Source of the DNA: Candidatus Latescibacterota bacterium
Lineage (GTDB): Bacteria > Latescibacterota > UBA2968 > GCA-2709665
DNA: 64,000 bases
Assembly (NCBI GenBank): GCA_965219995.1
Contig: CBDCOX010000002.1
Coordinates: 5,280,001-5,344,000 of the forward strand
Reading direction: 5' to 3'
Within the stretch, counting starts at the first letter, position 1. Every line of letters begins with the position of its first letter. The translations under genes were made by a program, and so were the position numbers. A model generated the notes under the pieces. The model was not told where the DNA came from. It made no database searches and was given only the letters and a program-made list of their open reading frames with translations. Shown piece by piece: positions 20,535 to 30,567 of this stretch.

Positions 20535-23500
20535 ATGGCCATGGCAACCCCGGCTCCCGTGCTGCAGCCCGTCTCCCTCGACGACAAGTACGCACTGGAG
20601 CGGGGACGGGCCTACATGACCGGCATCGAGGCGCTGGTGCGCCTGCCGATCGTGCAGCATCAGCGGGACCGCGCCCGCGGGCTGAACACGGCGGCGTTCA
20701 TCTCCGGTTACCGCGGGTCCCCGGTCGGCGGCTTCGACCAGGCCCTCTGGCAGGCGGGCCGCTGGCTCGACGAGCACAACGTCCACTTCAATCCCGGCCT
20801 GAACGAGGAACTCGCGGCCACGGCGGTCTGGGGGAGCCAGCAGACCAACCTGTTCGCCGGCGCCAGGTACGACGGCGTCTTCGGGATGTGGTACGGCAAG
20901 GGCCCCGGCGTCGACCGCAGCGTGGACGCCTTCAAGCACGCCAACGCCTGCGGCACCTCCCGCTACGGCGGGGTGCTGGCCATCGCCGGGGACGACCACG
21001 CGGCCAAGTCATCGACCCTGCCGCACCAGTCCGAACACATCTTCATCGGCGCCTCCATCCCGGTGCTCAATCCCGCAAACGTGCAGGAGGTGCTCGATCT
21101 CGGCATCTACGGGTGGGAACTGTCGCGCTACAGCGGCTGCTGGGTGGCGATGAAGGCCATCACGGACAGCATGGACTCCGCCATCTCCGCCGTCGTCGAT
21201 ACGGACCGGGTCGACGTCGTCGTACCGGAGGACTTCGAGCTTCCCGAAGGCGGCGTGCACGCGCGGTGGCCGGACTCCTGGCACGAGCAGGAGGTGCGCC
21301 TCAACCGGTACAAGATCTACGCGGCCCGGGAGTTCGCCCGCGTCAACGGCCTGAACCGCATCGTCCTCGACAGCCCCAACGCGCGCTTCGGCATCATCAC
21401 CACCGGCAAGGCGTACCTGGACGTGGTGCAGGCCCTGGAAGACCTCGGCATCGACGAGGCGACCGCCGCCCGGATCGGCCTGCGCGTCTTCAAGGTCGGC
21501 ATGAGCTGGCCGCTGGAACCGGTCTCCGCCCACGCGTTCGCCGACGGGCTCGAAGAGATCCTCGTGGTCGAGGAGAAGCGCTCGATCATAGAGGACCAGC
21601 TCACCGGCCAGCTCTACAACCAGCCGGTGGCCAGGTGCCCGCGCGTGGTCGGCGAGTTCGACGAGCACGGGCAGACTCTCCTGCCCAACTACGGCGAGCT
21701 GACGCCCGCCATGGTCGCCCGCGCCATCGCCGGCCGCATCGGCCGCTTTCACGACTCCGACGCCATGCGCGCCCGGCTCGCCTTCCTGGAACACAAGGAG
21801 CGCTCCCTGGCGCGGCCCCGCAAGACCGCCGAGCGCACGCCCTACTTCTGCTCCGGTTGCCCGCACAATACCTCCACGCGGGTTCCGGACGGCAGTCGCG
21901 CCGCCGCCGGCATCGGCTGCCACTACATGGCCACCTGGATGGCCGACCGCTCCACCGCCACGTTCACGCAGATGGGGGGCGAAGGCGCCGCCTGGATCGG
22001 CCAGGCGCCGTTCACCGACACGCCGCACATCTTCCAGAACCTGGGCGACGGCACCTACAACCACTCGGGCATCCTGGCCGTTCGCGCGGCCCGGGCGGCC
22101 GGCGTCTCGATGACCTACAAGATCCTCTGCAACGACGCGGTCGCCATGACCGGCGGGCAGCCGGTGGACGGCGAGTTCTCCGTCGGCAACCTGGTCCACC
22201 AGTTGCGCGGCGAGGGGATCGAGCGCATCGCCCTGGTCAGCGACGAACCCGGCGCCTGGCACGGACAGTTCCGGGAGGTGCCCGGGTTCACGCTGCACCA
22301 CCGGGACGAGATGGACGCCCTGCAGCGGGAACTGCGCGAGTTCAAGGGGGTCTCGGTGCTGGTCTATCAACAGACCTGCGCCGCCGAGAAGCGGCGCCGG
22401 CGCAAGCGCGGCCTGCTTGCGGACCCGCCCAAGCGCGTGTTCATCAACGAGGAGGTTTGCGAAGGATGCGGCGACTGCAGCCGCGCCTCGAACTGCCTCT
22501 CGGTGGTGCCGCTCGCGACGGAACTCGGCCGCAAGCGCAAGATCGACCAGAGCGCCTGCAACAAGGACTACAGTTGCGTCCACGGATTCTGCCCGAGCTT
22601 CGTGACCGTCCACGGCGGCGAACTGGCCCGACGCCCGGGCGTCGCCGGCTCCGTCGGCGACGCGTTCGGCGATCTGCCAGAGCCGCGGTTGCCGGACATC
22701 GACGCGCCCTGGAACGCCATCGTCACCGGCGTCGGCGGCACGGGCGTGCTGACGGTCACCGCCATGGTCGCGATGGCCGCACACATCGAGGGCAAGGGCT
22801 GCGCGACCATGAACCAGACCGGCCTCGCGCAGAAGTTCGGCGCCGTGGTCAGCCACGTGCGGGTGGCGAACCGGCAGGACGACATCAAGGCCTTACGGAT
22901 ATCGGCCGGCGAGGCGGACCTGATGCTCGGGTGCGACCTGGCCGTGGCCTCCGGTTTCGAGGCGCTGGCGAAGGTCCATGCCGGACGCTCGAACGCCGTG
23001 GTGAACTGCGCGGAAACGCCCAACGCCACCTTCGTGCTGAACCCGGACGCCGAGTTCCTCACCGCGGAGATGCAGCAGACCCTCCGCGAGGAAGTCGGCG
23101 AGGACCGCTGCCACTTCATCGACGCCACCGCCATCGCCACCGAACTGCTCGGCGACTCCATCGCGGGCAACCTCTTCCTGCTCGGATTCGCCTGGCAGCG
23201 GGGCCTGGTCCCCGTCAGCCGCGAGGCGCTCGAGCGGGCCATCGAGATCAACGGCGTCGCGGTGGAGTTCAACAAGCAGGCCTTCCTGTGGGGCCGCCGC
23301 GCCGCGCACGAACCCGAGCAGGTCACGCGCCTAGTCGGGACGGCGCTCGACAAACCCCGGTGCCTCCCGCTCGACGAACTGATCGCGGACCGGGCGGACC
23401 GCCTGACGGCGTATCAGAACGCCGCCTACGCGCGGGACTACACCGACTTCGTCCATCGCGTACGCGAGGCCGACCACCACCCCGAACACGAGCTGACCCG

Positions 23501-24023
23501 GGCCGTGGCCCAGGCCCTGCACAAGCTGATGGCCTACAAGGACGAGTACGAGGTGGCGCGCCTCTACGCGGACGGCGCGTTCCGACGCAGGCTGCAGGCG
23601 CAGTTCGCGGGCGACTACAAGCTGCGCTTCCACCTCGCGCCGCCGCTGCTGGCGCGGAGAGACCCAAACACCGGCCACCTGACCAAGCGCGAGTTCCCCG
23701 GCTGGACCCTCCACGTATTCGGCGTGCTCGCGAAACTCCGGTTTCTGCGCGGCTCCGCCTTCGACCTCTTCGGACGTTCCGGGGAACGGCGGCGGGAGCG
23801 GCAGGACATCGCGGACTACCGCACGCTGCTCGGCGAGTTGCTGCCCGACCTCACCGACGCCAACTACGCGGCGGCCGTGCAGCTCGCCGAGCTACCCCGG
23901 CAGTTGCGCGGTTTCGGACACGTCAAGGACGACAACCGTGAGCGGCTGAAGCTGCAGCGCGACGGGCTGCTCGCCGCGTTTCGGGGAGAGAGCCCGGTCA
24001 GGATCGTCGACGAGGCCGCCTGA
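20535..24023 (+). CDS. Indolepyruvate ferredoxin oxidoreductase family protein (fused subunits)
   Basis: ISGYRGSP, YFCSGCPHN, GDGTYNHSG, CEGCGDC..C, GVGGTGV, MAYKDEYEVARL; start could be 20541. Confidence 0.95.
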   Translation: MAMATPAPVLQPVSLDDKYALERGRAYMTGIEALVRLPIVQHQRDRARGLNTAAFISGYRGSPVGGFDQALWQAGRWLDEHNVHFNPGLNEELAATAVWGSQQTNLFAGARYDGVFGMWYGKGPGVDRSVDAFKHANACGTSRYGGVLAIAGDDHAAKSSTLPHQSEHIFIGASIPVLNPANVQEVLDLGIYGWELSRYSGCWVAMKAITDSMDSAISAVVDTDRVDVVVPEDFELPEGGVHARWPDSWHEQEVRLNRYKIYAAREFARVNGLNRIVLDSPNARFGIITTGKAYLDVVQALEDLGIDEATAARIGLRVFKVGMSWPLEPVSAHAFADGLEEILVVEEKRSIIEDQLTGQLYNQPVARCPRVVGEFDEHGQTLLPNYGELTPAMVARAIAGRIGRFHDSDAMRARLAFLEHKERSLARPRKTAERTPYFCSGCPHNTSTRVPDGSRAAAGIGCHYMATWMADRSTATFTQMGGEGAAWIGQAPFTDTPHIFQNLGDGTYNHSGILAVRAARAAGVSMTYKILCNDAVAMTGGQPVDGEFSVGNLVHQLRGEGIERIALVSDEPGAWHGQFREVPGFTLHHRDEMDALQRELREFKGVSVLVYQQTCAAEKRRRRKRGLLADPPKRVFINEEVCEGCGDCSRASNCLSVVPLATELGRKRKIDQSACNKDYSCVHGFCPSFVTVHGGELARRPGVAGSVGDAFGDLPEPRLPDIDAPWNAIVTGVGGTGVLTVTAMVAMAAHIEGKGCATMNQTGLAQKFGAVVSHVRVANRQDDIKALRISAGEADLMLGCDLAVASGFEALAKVHAGRSNAVVNCAETPNATFVLNPDAEFLTAEMQQTLREEVGEDRCHFIDATAIATELLGDSIAGNLFLLGFAWQRGLVPVSREALERAIEINGVAVEFNKQAFLWGRRAAHEPEQVTRLVGTALDKPRCLPLDELIADRADRLTAYQNAAYARDYTDFVHRVREADHHPEHELTRAVAQALHKLMAYKDEYEVARLYADGAFRRRLQAQFAGDYKLRFHLAPPLLARRDPNTGHLTKREFPGWTLHVFGVLAKLRFLRGSAFDLFGRSGERRRERQDIADYRTLLGELLPDLTDANYAAAVQLAELPRQLRGFGHVKDDNRERLKLQRDGLLAAFRGESPVRIVDEAA

Positions 24024-24151
24024 AGCGCCTCGACGCGCGGGTGGAAACGGTACCCCGCCGGTCAGGCACCCGACCCGCGATGCACTTTGTGCATCAACCC
24101 GAAGGCAGCGCGGTAGTGGGGCCAGGGAGGTGCCGCCGGCGCGCGAACCCT

Positions 24152-24511
24152 CTACCGAATGGCCGCAGCCCGCTCAAGCATCGTGCGGCATAGGGCTACG
24201 CTGCTGCGACCCGAGTCCTGGTCGAACGCCCTATCGATCTCGTAGTCGGCGAGGTTTCTGACTTTGCGCAATGAGCCGAGCTGATACGCTAGCCCTCGCG
24301 AGTCGTCTCTTTCCAGAAGGATGTCGGGAACGACACGATGAGACTCAGCGGTCGATAGGTCGGCGTGAGGGTCCATCAACGTGGCATGTTCACGACAGCG
24401 GTGGTACGCGGCGTAGTAGGCACGGCTCGTGGCGTTGCGCCAGTCCACTTCGTCGCTCCCCTCACTCATCGCCGCGGCGGACTCCAGAATCAACTCTGAA
24501 GTGACCGGCAC
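24152..24511 (-). CDS. HEPN domain protein (UPF0332-like)
   Basis: RNATSRAYYAAYH, ESH, RKVRNLADY. Confidence 0.8.
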   Translation of the reverse strand: MPVTSELILESAAAMSEGSDEVDWRNATSRAYYAAYHRCREHATLMDPHADLSTAESHRVVPDILLERDDSRGLAYQLGSLRKVRNLADYEIDRAFDQDSGRSSVALCRTMLERAAAIR

Positions 24512-24598
24512 CTCCGAGCGTGCGCCGTAGGACGGCCCACGCTCGGAGGCAGGTAGGGCTGGGCCGCGGGCGGAGCCGGAGGCGACGGTTGCGGGGCG

Positions 24599-25354
24599 CT
24601 AGTCGTCTACCCCGACGAAGAGAGGGACAAAGCACAGCCCAGGATCCTGCACGAGATCGTCGTGAGAGACGATCTCGTCGGCGAGCCTCGAGTTCAATGC
24701 CGCCGCCGTTGCGGGGGAGGCTGCGACGAAACGCCGGTACAGAAACGAGTTCGGTTCGTCTTCGTCTAGCTGGCCGGTCGTCCTCGCGCCTCGCACACTG
24801 TCCGCGCGCTGCAAGTCGTTGGCGATTTCGAGAACTCGCTGGACATTGGACTCCCCTAGGGAGCCTGCATCGAAGGAAGCGACGAGCCTCTCCAACAGCC
24901 CGGTGGCGCCATGGGGAGCTTGGTTGGGACGCAAAGCGTTGAGGCAATGGCAGTACTCTCGCGCCATCCGGAATCGCCCAGTCTCCACGGCGCGCCCGAC
25001 CGTGTTGTCCAGAACGACTGTGTTGTCCGGTGCCTTCTCATGCGCGATGCACGCGGCGTCGAACGACTCTCCCCATTCGTCGACTATGGCCAGGGCAATC
25101 GAGTAGTTGTGGTGGGTCACGAAGCCGTCGGCATGCTGCAAGGCGATCCGGAAATGCTCTCGGACGCCTTGCGCATCAAAGCGGAGACTGGCTATCCCGC
25201 CGAGTACTGCGTGAGCGACAGCCGGGTCGACGCCCATCGCTGCCTCGGCGTCTCGCTCGAGTCTGCCCAATGAGATATCGCTCGGCGCATCCATGGCCAT
25301 CAAGCGATCGATCAGATCGTCGGCTTTGGTCTGCGATACTGGGATGTAGCTCAC
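24599..25354 (-). CDS. Hypothetical helical-repeat (TPR-like) protein upstream of the HEPN gene
   Basis: 251 aa; helical pattern AHAVLGGIA..HFRIAL..HNYSIAL..AHEKAPDN; lower GC than flanks. Confidence 0.65.
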   Translation of the reverse strand: MSYIPVSQTKADDLIDRLMAMDAPSDISLGRLERDAEAAMGVDPAVAHAVLGGIASLRFDAQGVREHFRIALQHADGFVTHHNYSIALAIVDEWGESFDAACIAHEKAPDNTVVLDNTVGRAVETGRFRMAREYCHCLNALRPNQAPHGATGLLERLVASFDAGSLGESNVQRVLEIANDLQRADSVRGARTTGQLDEDEPNSFLYRRFVAASPATAAALNSRLADEIVSHDDLVQDPGLCFVPLFVGVDD

Positions 25355-25492
25355 AAAGTCAACCCTTCATGCCGGCCCGCCGCGGGAGCCGTTGGCCGGC
25401 GTCATGGACCACGGTCCTGCGAGGCCGACTGCACTTGTATGGTAGCCCCTGTGGGCTGTCAAGGGCCGTCCCATAGCGGCTGGAGGCCGAGC

Positions 25493-25612
25493 CGGCGGCG
25501 GGCGGCAGGACATCGCCGACTACCCGACCCTGCTCGGCGAGCTGCTGCCCGACCTCACCGAAGCCAACTACGCGGCGGCCGTCCAGCTCGCCGAGCTACC
25601 CCTGCAGTTGCG
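25493..25612 (+). repeat. Diverged direct copy of IOR segment 23787-23908
   Basis: 120 vs 122 bp; 8 substitutions and a 2-bp deletion by manual alignment. Confidence 0.92.
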
Positions 25613-25715
25613 ACCAGCGTCGACCAATCTTTAGCACGGAAAGATTGTCTTATCTTTCCTTACAGATGACGCTTTTCGCCTATTGTAAGGAAATATTTGA
25701 TAATCTTTGGTCGTA

Positions 25716-27365
25716 ATGACGACCGTCCCTCAGATCGGCGAAGTCCCCGGTTCCCTCACCCGAGACGCGTTCTGGGAGTTGCTCGGGCACGTGGAGCACG
25801 CCCAGCTCGACTTCAAGCGGGGCGTTGCGACCGATGTCCGCGACACGATCGCCGCGATGGCGATGACGGAGGGCGGCTTGATCGTCCACGGCGTGGACGA
25901 GCAGCGGCGCATCGTCGGCTGCCCGCTATCCCGGAACACGCAGGACCGGATCACGCGCATCGCCATGGAGTGCGGCGTGGATGTCCAGGTTCGCCAGGTG
26001 ACCGTCGCGGACGTGGCGCTCACCCTCACCGCGGTTCCCGCCGTCCGCGGCCGGATCGTCACAACCCCGGACGGGCGGTTGCTGCGGCGTGTCGGGGGCG
26101 ACTCTCAGCCGCTACGGGGCGACGCCATGGCCCGCTTCGTCCGCGAACGGGAGCAGCGCACCGCGGAAGACCAACCCGTCGCGAGTGTCGAGGCGTTCGA
26201 CCCGTCCGCATTCTCGGTCGCAGCGATCAACGAAGCGCTTCTTGCCGACGGTCGTCCGGCGATCGACGCCGGGCGCGTACCGCGCGCCCTCGAGGACCTT
26301 CGCGTCGCAATCCCCGCGTCGCCGCCCCTGGATCAGCGCGTCCTTCGCGCCGCGGTCGTGCTGTTCGCAAATGATCCCCGTGACGTGCTCCGGGGCGCCG
26401 CCGTCCAGCTTGTCCGGCGTTCCGGCACGGGGCCTCGCAGCGGGCCCTCGATCGAGCGAGCCGAGTGCGCGGGTCCCCTGGCAGAAACCGTCGCGTGCTC
26501 AATGGACTTCATCTCCCGGCACGGCGGCGGGATGGAGGTCGTGACCGGCGGCCGCAGGGAGGCTTTGCCGACTTATCCGCCGACGGTGGTCAGGGAAGCC
26601 GTGGTTAACGCCCTTGCGCATCGGGATTACGCATTGGCCGGTGCGACCGTGGACGTCACGGTGTGGGACGACCGGGTCGAGGTCAGGAGCCCGGGCGGTC
26701 TGCCCGGACACATCACGGTCGACAACATGCGCGGGGAACACTACAGCCGGAATCCGCGCATCATGCGGGTGCTGAAGACGCTCGGCTACGTGGAGGAGTA
26801 CGGTGAGGGGGTCGATCGGATGTTCCGCGAGATGGAGGCCCGACTCATGGAACCGCCGATCTTCGAAGCGACCGCCGCTTCCGTGACGGTGACGCTGCGC
26901 AACAGCGTGCTGGTCGACGTCGACGACCAAGTCTGGCTCAACGAGCTCGGCGCTGACGGGCTCGGGCGCAACGAGGCCCGCGTGCTGGTCGCGGCCCGTC
27001 GCCGGGGCGCCGTCACGCCGCGGTCATTGCGCGCGTGGATTCCGGAGACGGAGGTCGATGCGATGCTGGCACGAATGGTCTCGAAAGGACTGTTGCGCCG
27101 CGTTGGCATTCGCGGCGGCTCGCGTTACGTGCTGTCGGACACGACCATCGCCCGGGCGGGGGCGGGACCGCCGGACGACCGGCAGGTCCACCGACAGGCG
27201 CTGCTCGACGAAATCCGTCATCGGGGCAGCCTGTCGTCCCCGGAGGGCGCGATGCTGATCGACCGGGACGCCGCCTACGCCCGTGCCCTGTTGAACGAGC
27301 TTGCCGAAGCGGGGTTGGTCCGGGCGGAGGGGCGGACGCGGGCGCGGCGCTACTATCCGGATTGA
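25716..27365 (+). CDS. AlbA_2 + HATPase_c_4 (RecG C-terminal-like) + wHTH protein
   Basis: EHAQLDFKR, REAVVNALAHRDY, VRSPGGLP, SRNPRI, VEEYGEGVDRM, two GxxRxxRY wHTH tails. Confidence 0.88.
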   Translation: MTTVPQIGEVPGSLTRDAFWELLGHVEHAQLDFKRGVATDVRDTIAAMAMTEGGLIVHGVDEQRRIVGCPLSRNTQDRITRIAMECGVDVQVRQVTVADVALTLTAVPAVRGRIVTTPDGRLLRRVGGDSQPLRGDAMARFVREREQRTAEDQPVASVEAFDPSAFSVAAINEALLADGRPAIDAGRVPRALEDLRVAIPASPPLDQRVLRAAVVLFANDPRDVLRGAAVQLVRRSGTGPRSGPSIERAECAGPLAETVACSMDFISRHGGGMEVVTGGRREALPTYPPTVVREAVVNALAHRDYALAGATVDVTVWDDRVEVRSPGGLPGHITVDNMRGEHYSRNPRIMRVLKTLGYVEEYGEGVDRMFREMEARLMEPPIFEATAASVTVTLRNSVLVDVDDQVWLNELGADGLGRNEARVLVAARRRGAVTPRSLRAWIPETEVDAMLARMVSKGLLRRVGIRGGSRYVLSDTTIARAGAGPPDDRQVHRQALLDEIRHRGSLSSPEGAMLIDRDAAYARALLNELAEAGLVRAEGRTRARRYYPD

Positions 27366-27462
27366 CAAGCACGGGCAGGCCCCCCTCACCACAGCATGGA
27401 ATGTTGCAGGGCGGTGGCAACATTGGTCCAATCCCCGGCGGCAACAACCTGGAGCGTTCATC

Positions 27463-29181
27463 GTGGCTGCCCCGACTCAGCACCCGTTCGGCAATCGCCG
27501 GACCTTCCTCAAGTCCGTGATGGCCGGCGCCGCCGCCGGCGCCTTTGCACCGCATAGCCACCTGGCCTTCGCCGACCAGGTAGCGCTCCTCTCCGACGAA
27601 GAGCGGCAGCGCCTGCTGGAGCTCGCCCACTTCGGCCGCAAGGCGCCCGCCTCCGGCAAGCAGGGCATGGTCATCTGCTCCCACCCGCTGGCGACGCGCG
27701 CCGGCGTGGACGTGCTCAAGGCCGGCGGCAACGCGGCGGACGCGGCGCTCGCGACGTCCATCTGCCAGACCGTCGTGGAACCGCACATGACGGGCATCAC
27801 GGGCGTGCTCTCGATGCTGTACTTCGATGCGGCGACCGGCACGACCACCTACGTGAACGGCAGCGCGGCGCGTCCCGAGGCGGAGCTCGGCGGGTTCTCC
27901 CCGGCCGACCTCGCCACCGGCCGCGGGGTCGCGGTGCCCGGTTTCTGGGCCGGCTTCGAGGCGGCGCATGCGCGCCACGGCCAGGCCTCCCGGGAAACCG
28001 TGATGGAAGCCGCGATCGGCTATGCCCGGGACGGTTTCGAGATCCACCCGTTCCTCTGGGGCGAGATCTTCGTCGAGTACGGGAAGATCGGCCGTACCCC
28101 CCAGGGCCGCGAGATCTTCTCCCGCAACGACACCCTGCCGCGCCCGGGCGACCTGCTGGTGCAGGAGCGGGCCGCCGACACCCTGACGGCGCTGCTGGAG
28201 GGCGGCAACGACTACTTCTACCGGGGCGCCTTCGCCCAGGAACTCGTGGATGTGGTGCAGGCCGCCGGCGGCGTGCTCACGCTTGAGGACATGGAGCAAT
28301 ACGAGGCGCGCTGGCAGCCCGCGGCCGAGGGCAGCTATCGCGGCTACAAGGTGCTCGGCTCGCCGCCGCCGGACCACGGCGGTTCGCACCTGATCGAGAT
28401 CCTCAACATGGTGGAACTGCTGGACCTTCCGAAGCTGGGTCCGCCGACGGAATCCGCGGAGACGCTGTTCCACATGGCGCGCATCGCCAACCAGGTCTAT
28501 CTGGACGGGTTCAAGCAGCACGACCCGGCGACCCACGAACTGCCGCTGGAGCTGATCCTCAGCAAGGACTACGCGCGCATGCGGTTCGACCTGATGCAGA
28601 TGGACAGCAAGGTCGACGCCGGCCCCGCGGCGCCGCCCGCCGGCAGCAACCACGTGACGGCGGTGGACGCGAAGGGCAACGTCGCGACCATCCTGCACTC
28701 CTGCATGTCGCTGCCGTGGTCGAACGGGCTCTTCGCGGGCGGCGTGACGGTCGTTGCGGCCGGCGCACACTACATGCGCGTGATGCCCGGTCCCGGCGAC
28801 CGCATCTCGGCCTACGTGTGCCCGAACATCGTGTTCGACGGCGAGCGGCCGATACTGGCGTCGGGTTCGCCGAGCGTGAGCCTGTTGCAGAACATCCTGC
28901 AGAACACGACGAACATCCTCGACTTCGGCATCCCGATCGCGGAGTCGGTCAACCGGCCGCGTTTCGGAGGCGGTTCCTACACCAGCGCGGGCAAGCTGCT
29001 GGTGGAAGTCGATCTCGACGAGAACGTGCGCAAGGCCGCTGCAAAACGCGGCATCGCCTGGGACGTCGTCAACCCATGGAATTGGCACCACGGCTCGTTC
29101 GAAGGCATCTTCCTGGACGCCGACGGCACGGCCCACGCCTGCGGCGACCCGCGCCGGAACGCCATGGCGTTGGCGGTCTGA
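27463..29181 (+). CDS. Gamma-glutamyltransferase family Ntn hydrolase, Tat-exported, atypical active site
   Basis: RRTFLK; GGNAADAA, VVEPHMTGI, VAVPG, YRGY, PRF; SNH where TTH is expected. Confidence 0.88.
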   Translation: MAAPTQHPFGNRRTFLKSVMAGAAAGAFAPHSHLAFADQVALLSDEERQRLLELAHFGRKAPASGKQGMVICSHPLATRAGVDVLKAGGNAADAALATSICQTVVEPHMTGITGVLSMLYFDAATGTTTYVNGSAARPEAELGGFSPADLATGRGVAVPGFWAGFEAAHARHGQASRETVMEAAIGYARDGFEIHPFLWGEIFVEYGKIGRTPQGREIFSRNDTLPRPGDLLVQERAADTLTALLEGGNDYFYRGAFAQELVDVVQAAGGVLTLEDMEQYEARWQPAAEGSYRGYKVLGSPPPDHGGSHLIEILNMVELLDLPKLGPPTESAETLFHMARIANQVYLDGFKQHDPATHELPLELILSKDYARMRFDLMQMDSKVDAGPAAPPAGSNHVTAVDAKGNVATILHSCMSLPWSNGLFAGGVTVVAAGAHYMRVMPGPGDRISAYVCPNIVFDGERPILASGSPSVSLLQNILQNTTNILDFGIPIAESVNRPRFGGGSYTSAGKLLVEVDLDENVRKAAAKRGIAWDVVNPWNWHHGSFEGIFLDADGTAHACGDPRRNAMALAV

Positions 29182-29190
29182 CCGCCGAGA

Positions 29191-30567
29191 CTACCCGCTG
29201 CCGACCTCGAGGATCTCCGCAGGACTCGTGTAAGTGTCATTGAGGTTCTCCAGGAGCCACTCCCTGTCGTCCCGCCGCGGCAGCGTCAACGCGGGTTCGC
29301 CTTTCGTGGCGATGCGATAGTAGAGCCGCGCGTCTTCAAGGTCGGTGATGCCGATCTTGACGGGCGGCAGGCAGTGCAGCAACGCGTAGTCGTCCCAGAT
29401 GACCAGGTCCCCCTCCTCGTGCAGGTGGTTGTAGCGGAACCGTGGTTGCAGGCAGTGCGCCTCGAGCTCGTCCAGAAAGACCTTCGTCTCCGCCTTGCTC
29501 ATGCCCTCGATTCGCGGCGGGGGGATGTCTTGCAGGACGAACCTGCTGCCGTAGACCGGTGAGTAGATCATCCTGCGTCCGCTGCGCGGGTTGTTGCGTA
29601 TCAGTGGACAGTAGTAGCCCCTGCCTTCGACGTCGTCTCCCGGTCTCTCGTACTTCACCATCCTGATCTTCTCGAGCCGGTCCCGCTCCGCGCCCGGCAG
29701 GGCTTCGAACGCCGCAACGGTGTCGGCGAAGGCGGTCTCGGCGTTCAGCGGGAGATTCCGTTGCCGCAAGCGCACCAACCTCGCATCGGTCGTGTGGAAA
29801 TGCTCCATGCCCTCCGGCAGGTCGGGATGCCTGTAGAAGGTGTCGTAGTCGACTTCGGGATAGCTGCCGAGCCAGTTGCCGGAGGCCGAATCCCGCGCCG
29901 CGGGGTGCTTGTGGACCAGGAACATCGTGGTGTTGCAGGCAATCCGCTCATGGTCCTGGTCCGTGTGCCACAGCACCTCGCAGCGCACCTTGTCGGAGAT
30001 GTCCTGCCTCGTGGGACTCCCGGTCCTCGGCCGCGGCGTCAGGACCCGAACCGAGCCTGCCATGACCGGTTCGACGTTCGTGACCGTGTAGATCGCCGAG
30101 GACTCGGCCGGGATCGGCAGGTGCTCGAGCCGTTCATCTTCCGAGCCGGCAATCTGGGCAAGAGCCTCGTTGACGGCATCGCGGACACCGTCGGTGACTC
30201 GCTTCGGAACGGGTTGTGGGGCACCGAAGTGATTCGCGAAACGCTCGAAGTGCGCCAGCGAGACGCGCCCGAGATCCTGACCGGCGAAGACGACGATCGA
30301 GTGCATGCTCAGGGCGTCGATCAGGTACGCCGCCTGCTCGGCACGCAGCCGTTGCGCAACATCCACCCCGTGGAAGCGGCACCCGATTCCCGTCGGAGCG
30401 AGCGGACCTTCCATGGCGGCCTGCGGACCGAAGAGTTCCTTCAGACGCGCTTCGTTCAGGGGGTCGTCGTCGCCGGTGTAGGCACGGGAGAAGAGACCCT
30501 GCCGAGCACCGAAGACCTCCTCGGCCGTCGCCGCCGCGCGCACGGGGTTCGATGACGGCCCCGTCAT
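29191..30567 (-). CDS. TauD/TfdA family Fe(II)/2OG dioxygenase with insertions
   Basis: WHTD, ETAFADT, GDLVIWDD..LLH, YYRI. Confidence 0.82.
   Translation of the reverse strand: MTGPSSNPVRAAATAEEVFGARQGLFSRAYTGDDDPLNEARLKELFGPQAAMEGPLAPTGIGCRFHGVDVAQRLRAEQAAYLIDALSMHSIVVFAGQDLGRVSLAHFERFANHFGAPQPVPKRVTDGVRDAVNEALAQIAGSEDERLEHLPIPAESSAIYTVTNVEPVMAGSVRVLTPRPRTGSPTRQDISDKVRCEVLWHTDQDHERIACNTTMFLVHKHPAARDSASGNWLGSYPEVDYDTFYRHPDLPEGMEHFHTTDARLVRLRQRNLPLNAETAFADTVAAFEALPGAERDRLEKIRMVKYERPGDDVEGRGYYCPLIRNNPRSGRRMIYSPVYGSRFVLQDIPPPRIEGMSKAETKVFLDELEAHCLQPRFRYNHLHEEGDLVIWDDYALLHCLPPVKIGITDLEDARLYYRIATKGEPALTLPRRDDREWLLENLNDTYTSPAEILEVGSG

Noticed and set aside
20888-23941. 1017-aa alternative-frame ORF inside IOR and similar long Arg/Pro/Gly-rich ORFs
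   Set aside because: Shadow frames expected from high GC3; no motifs
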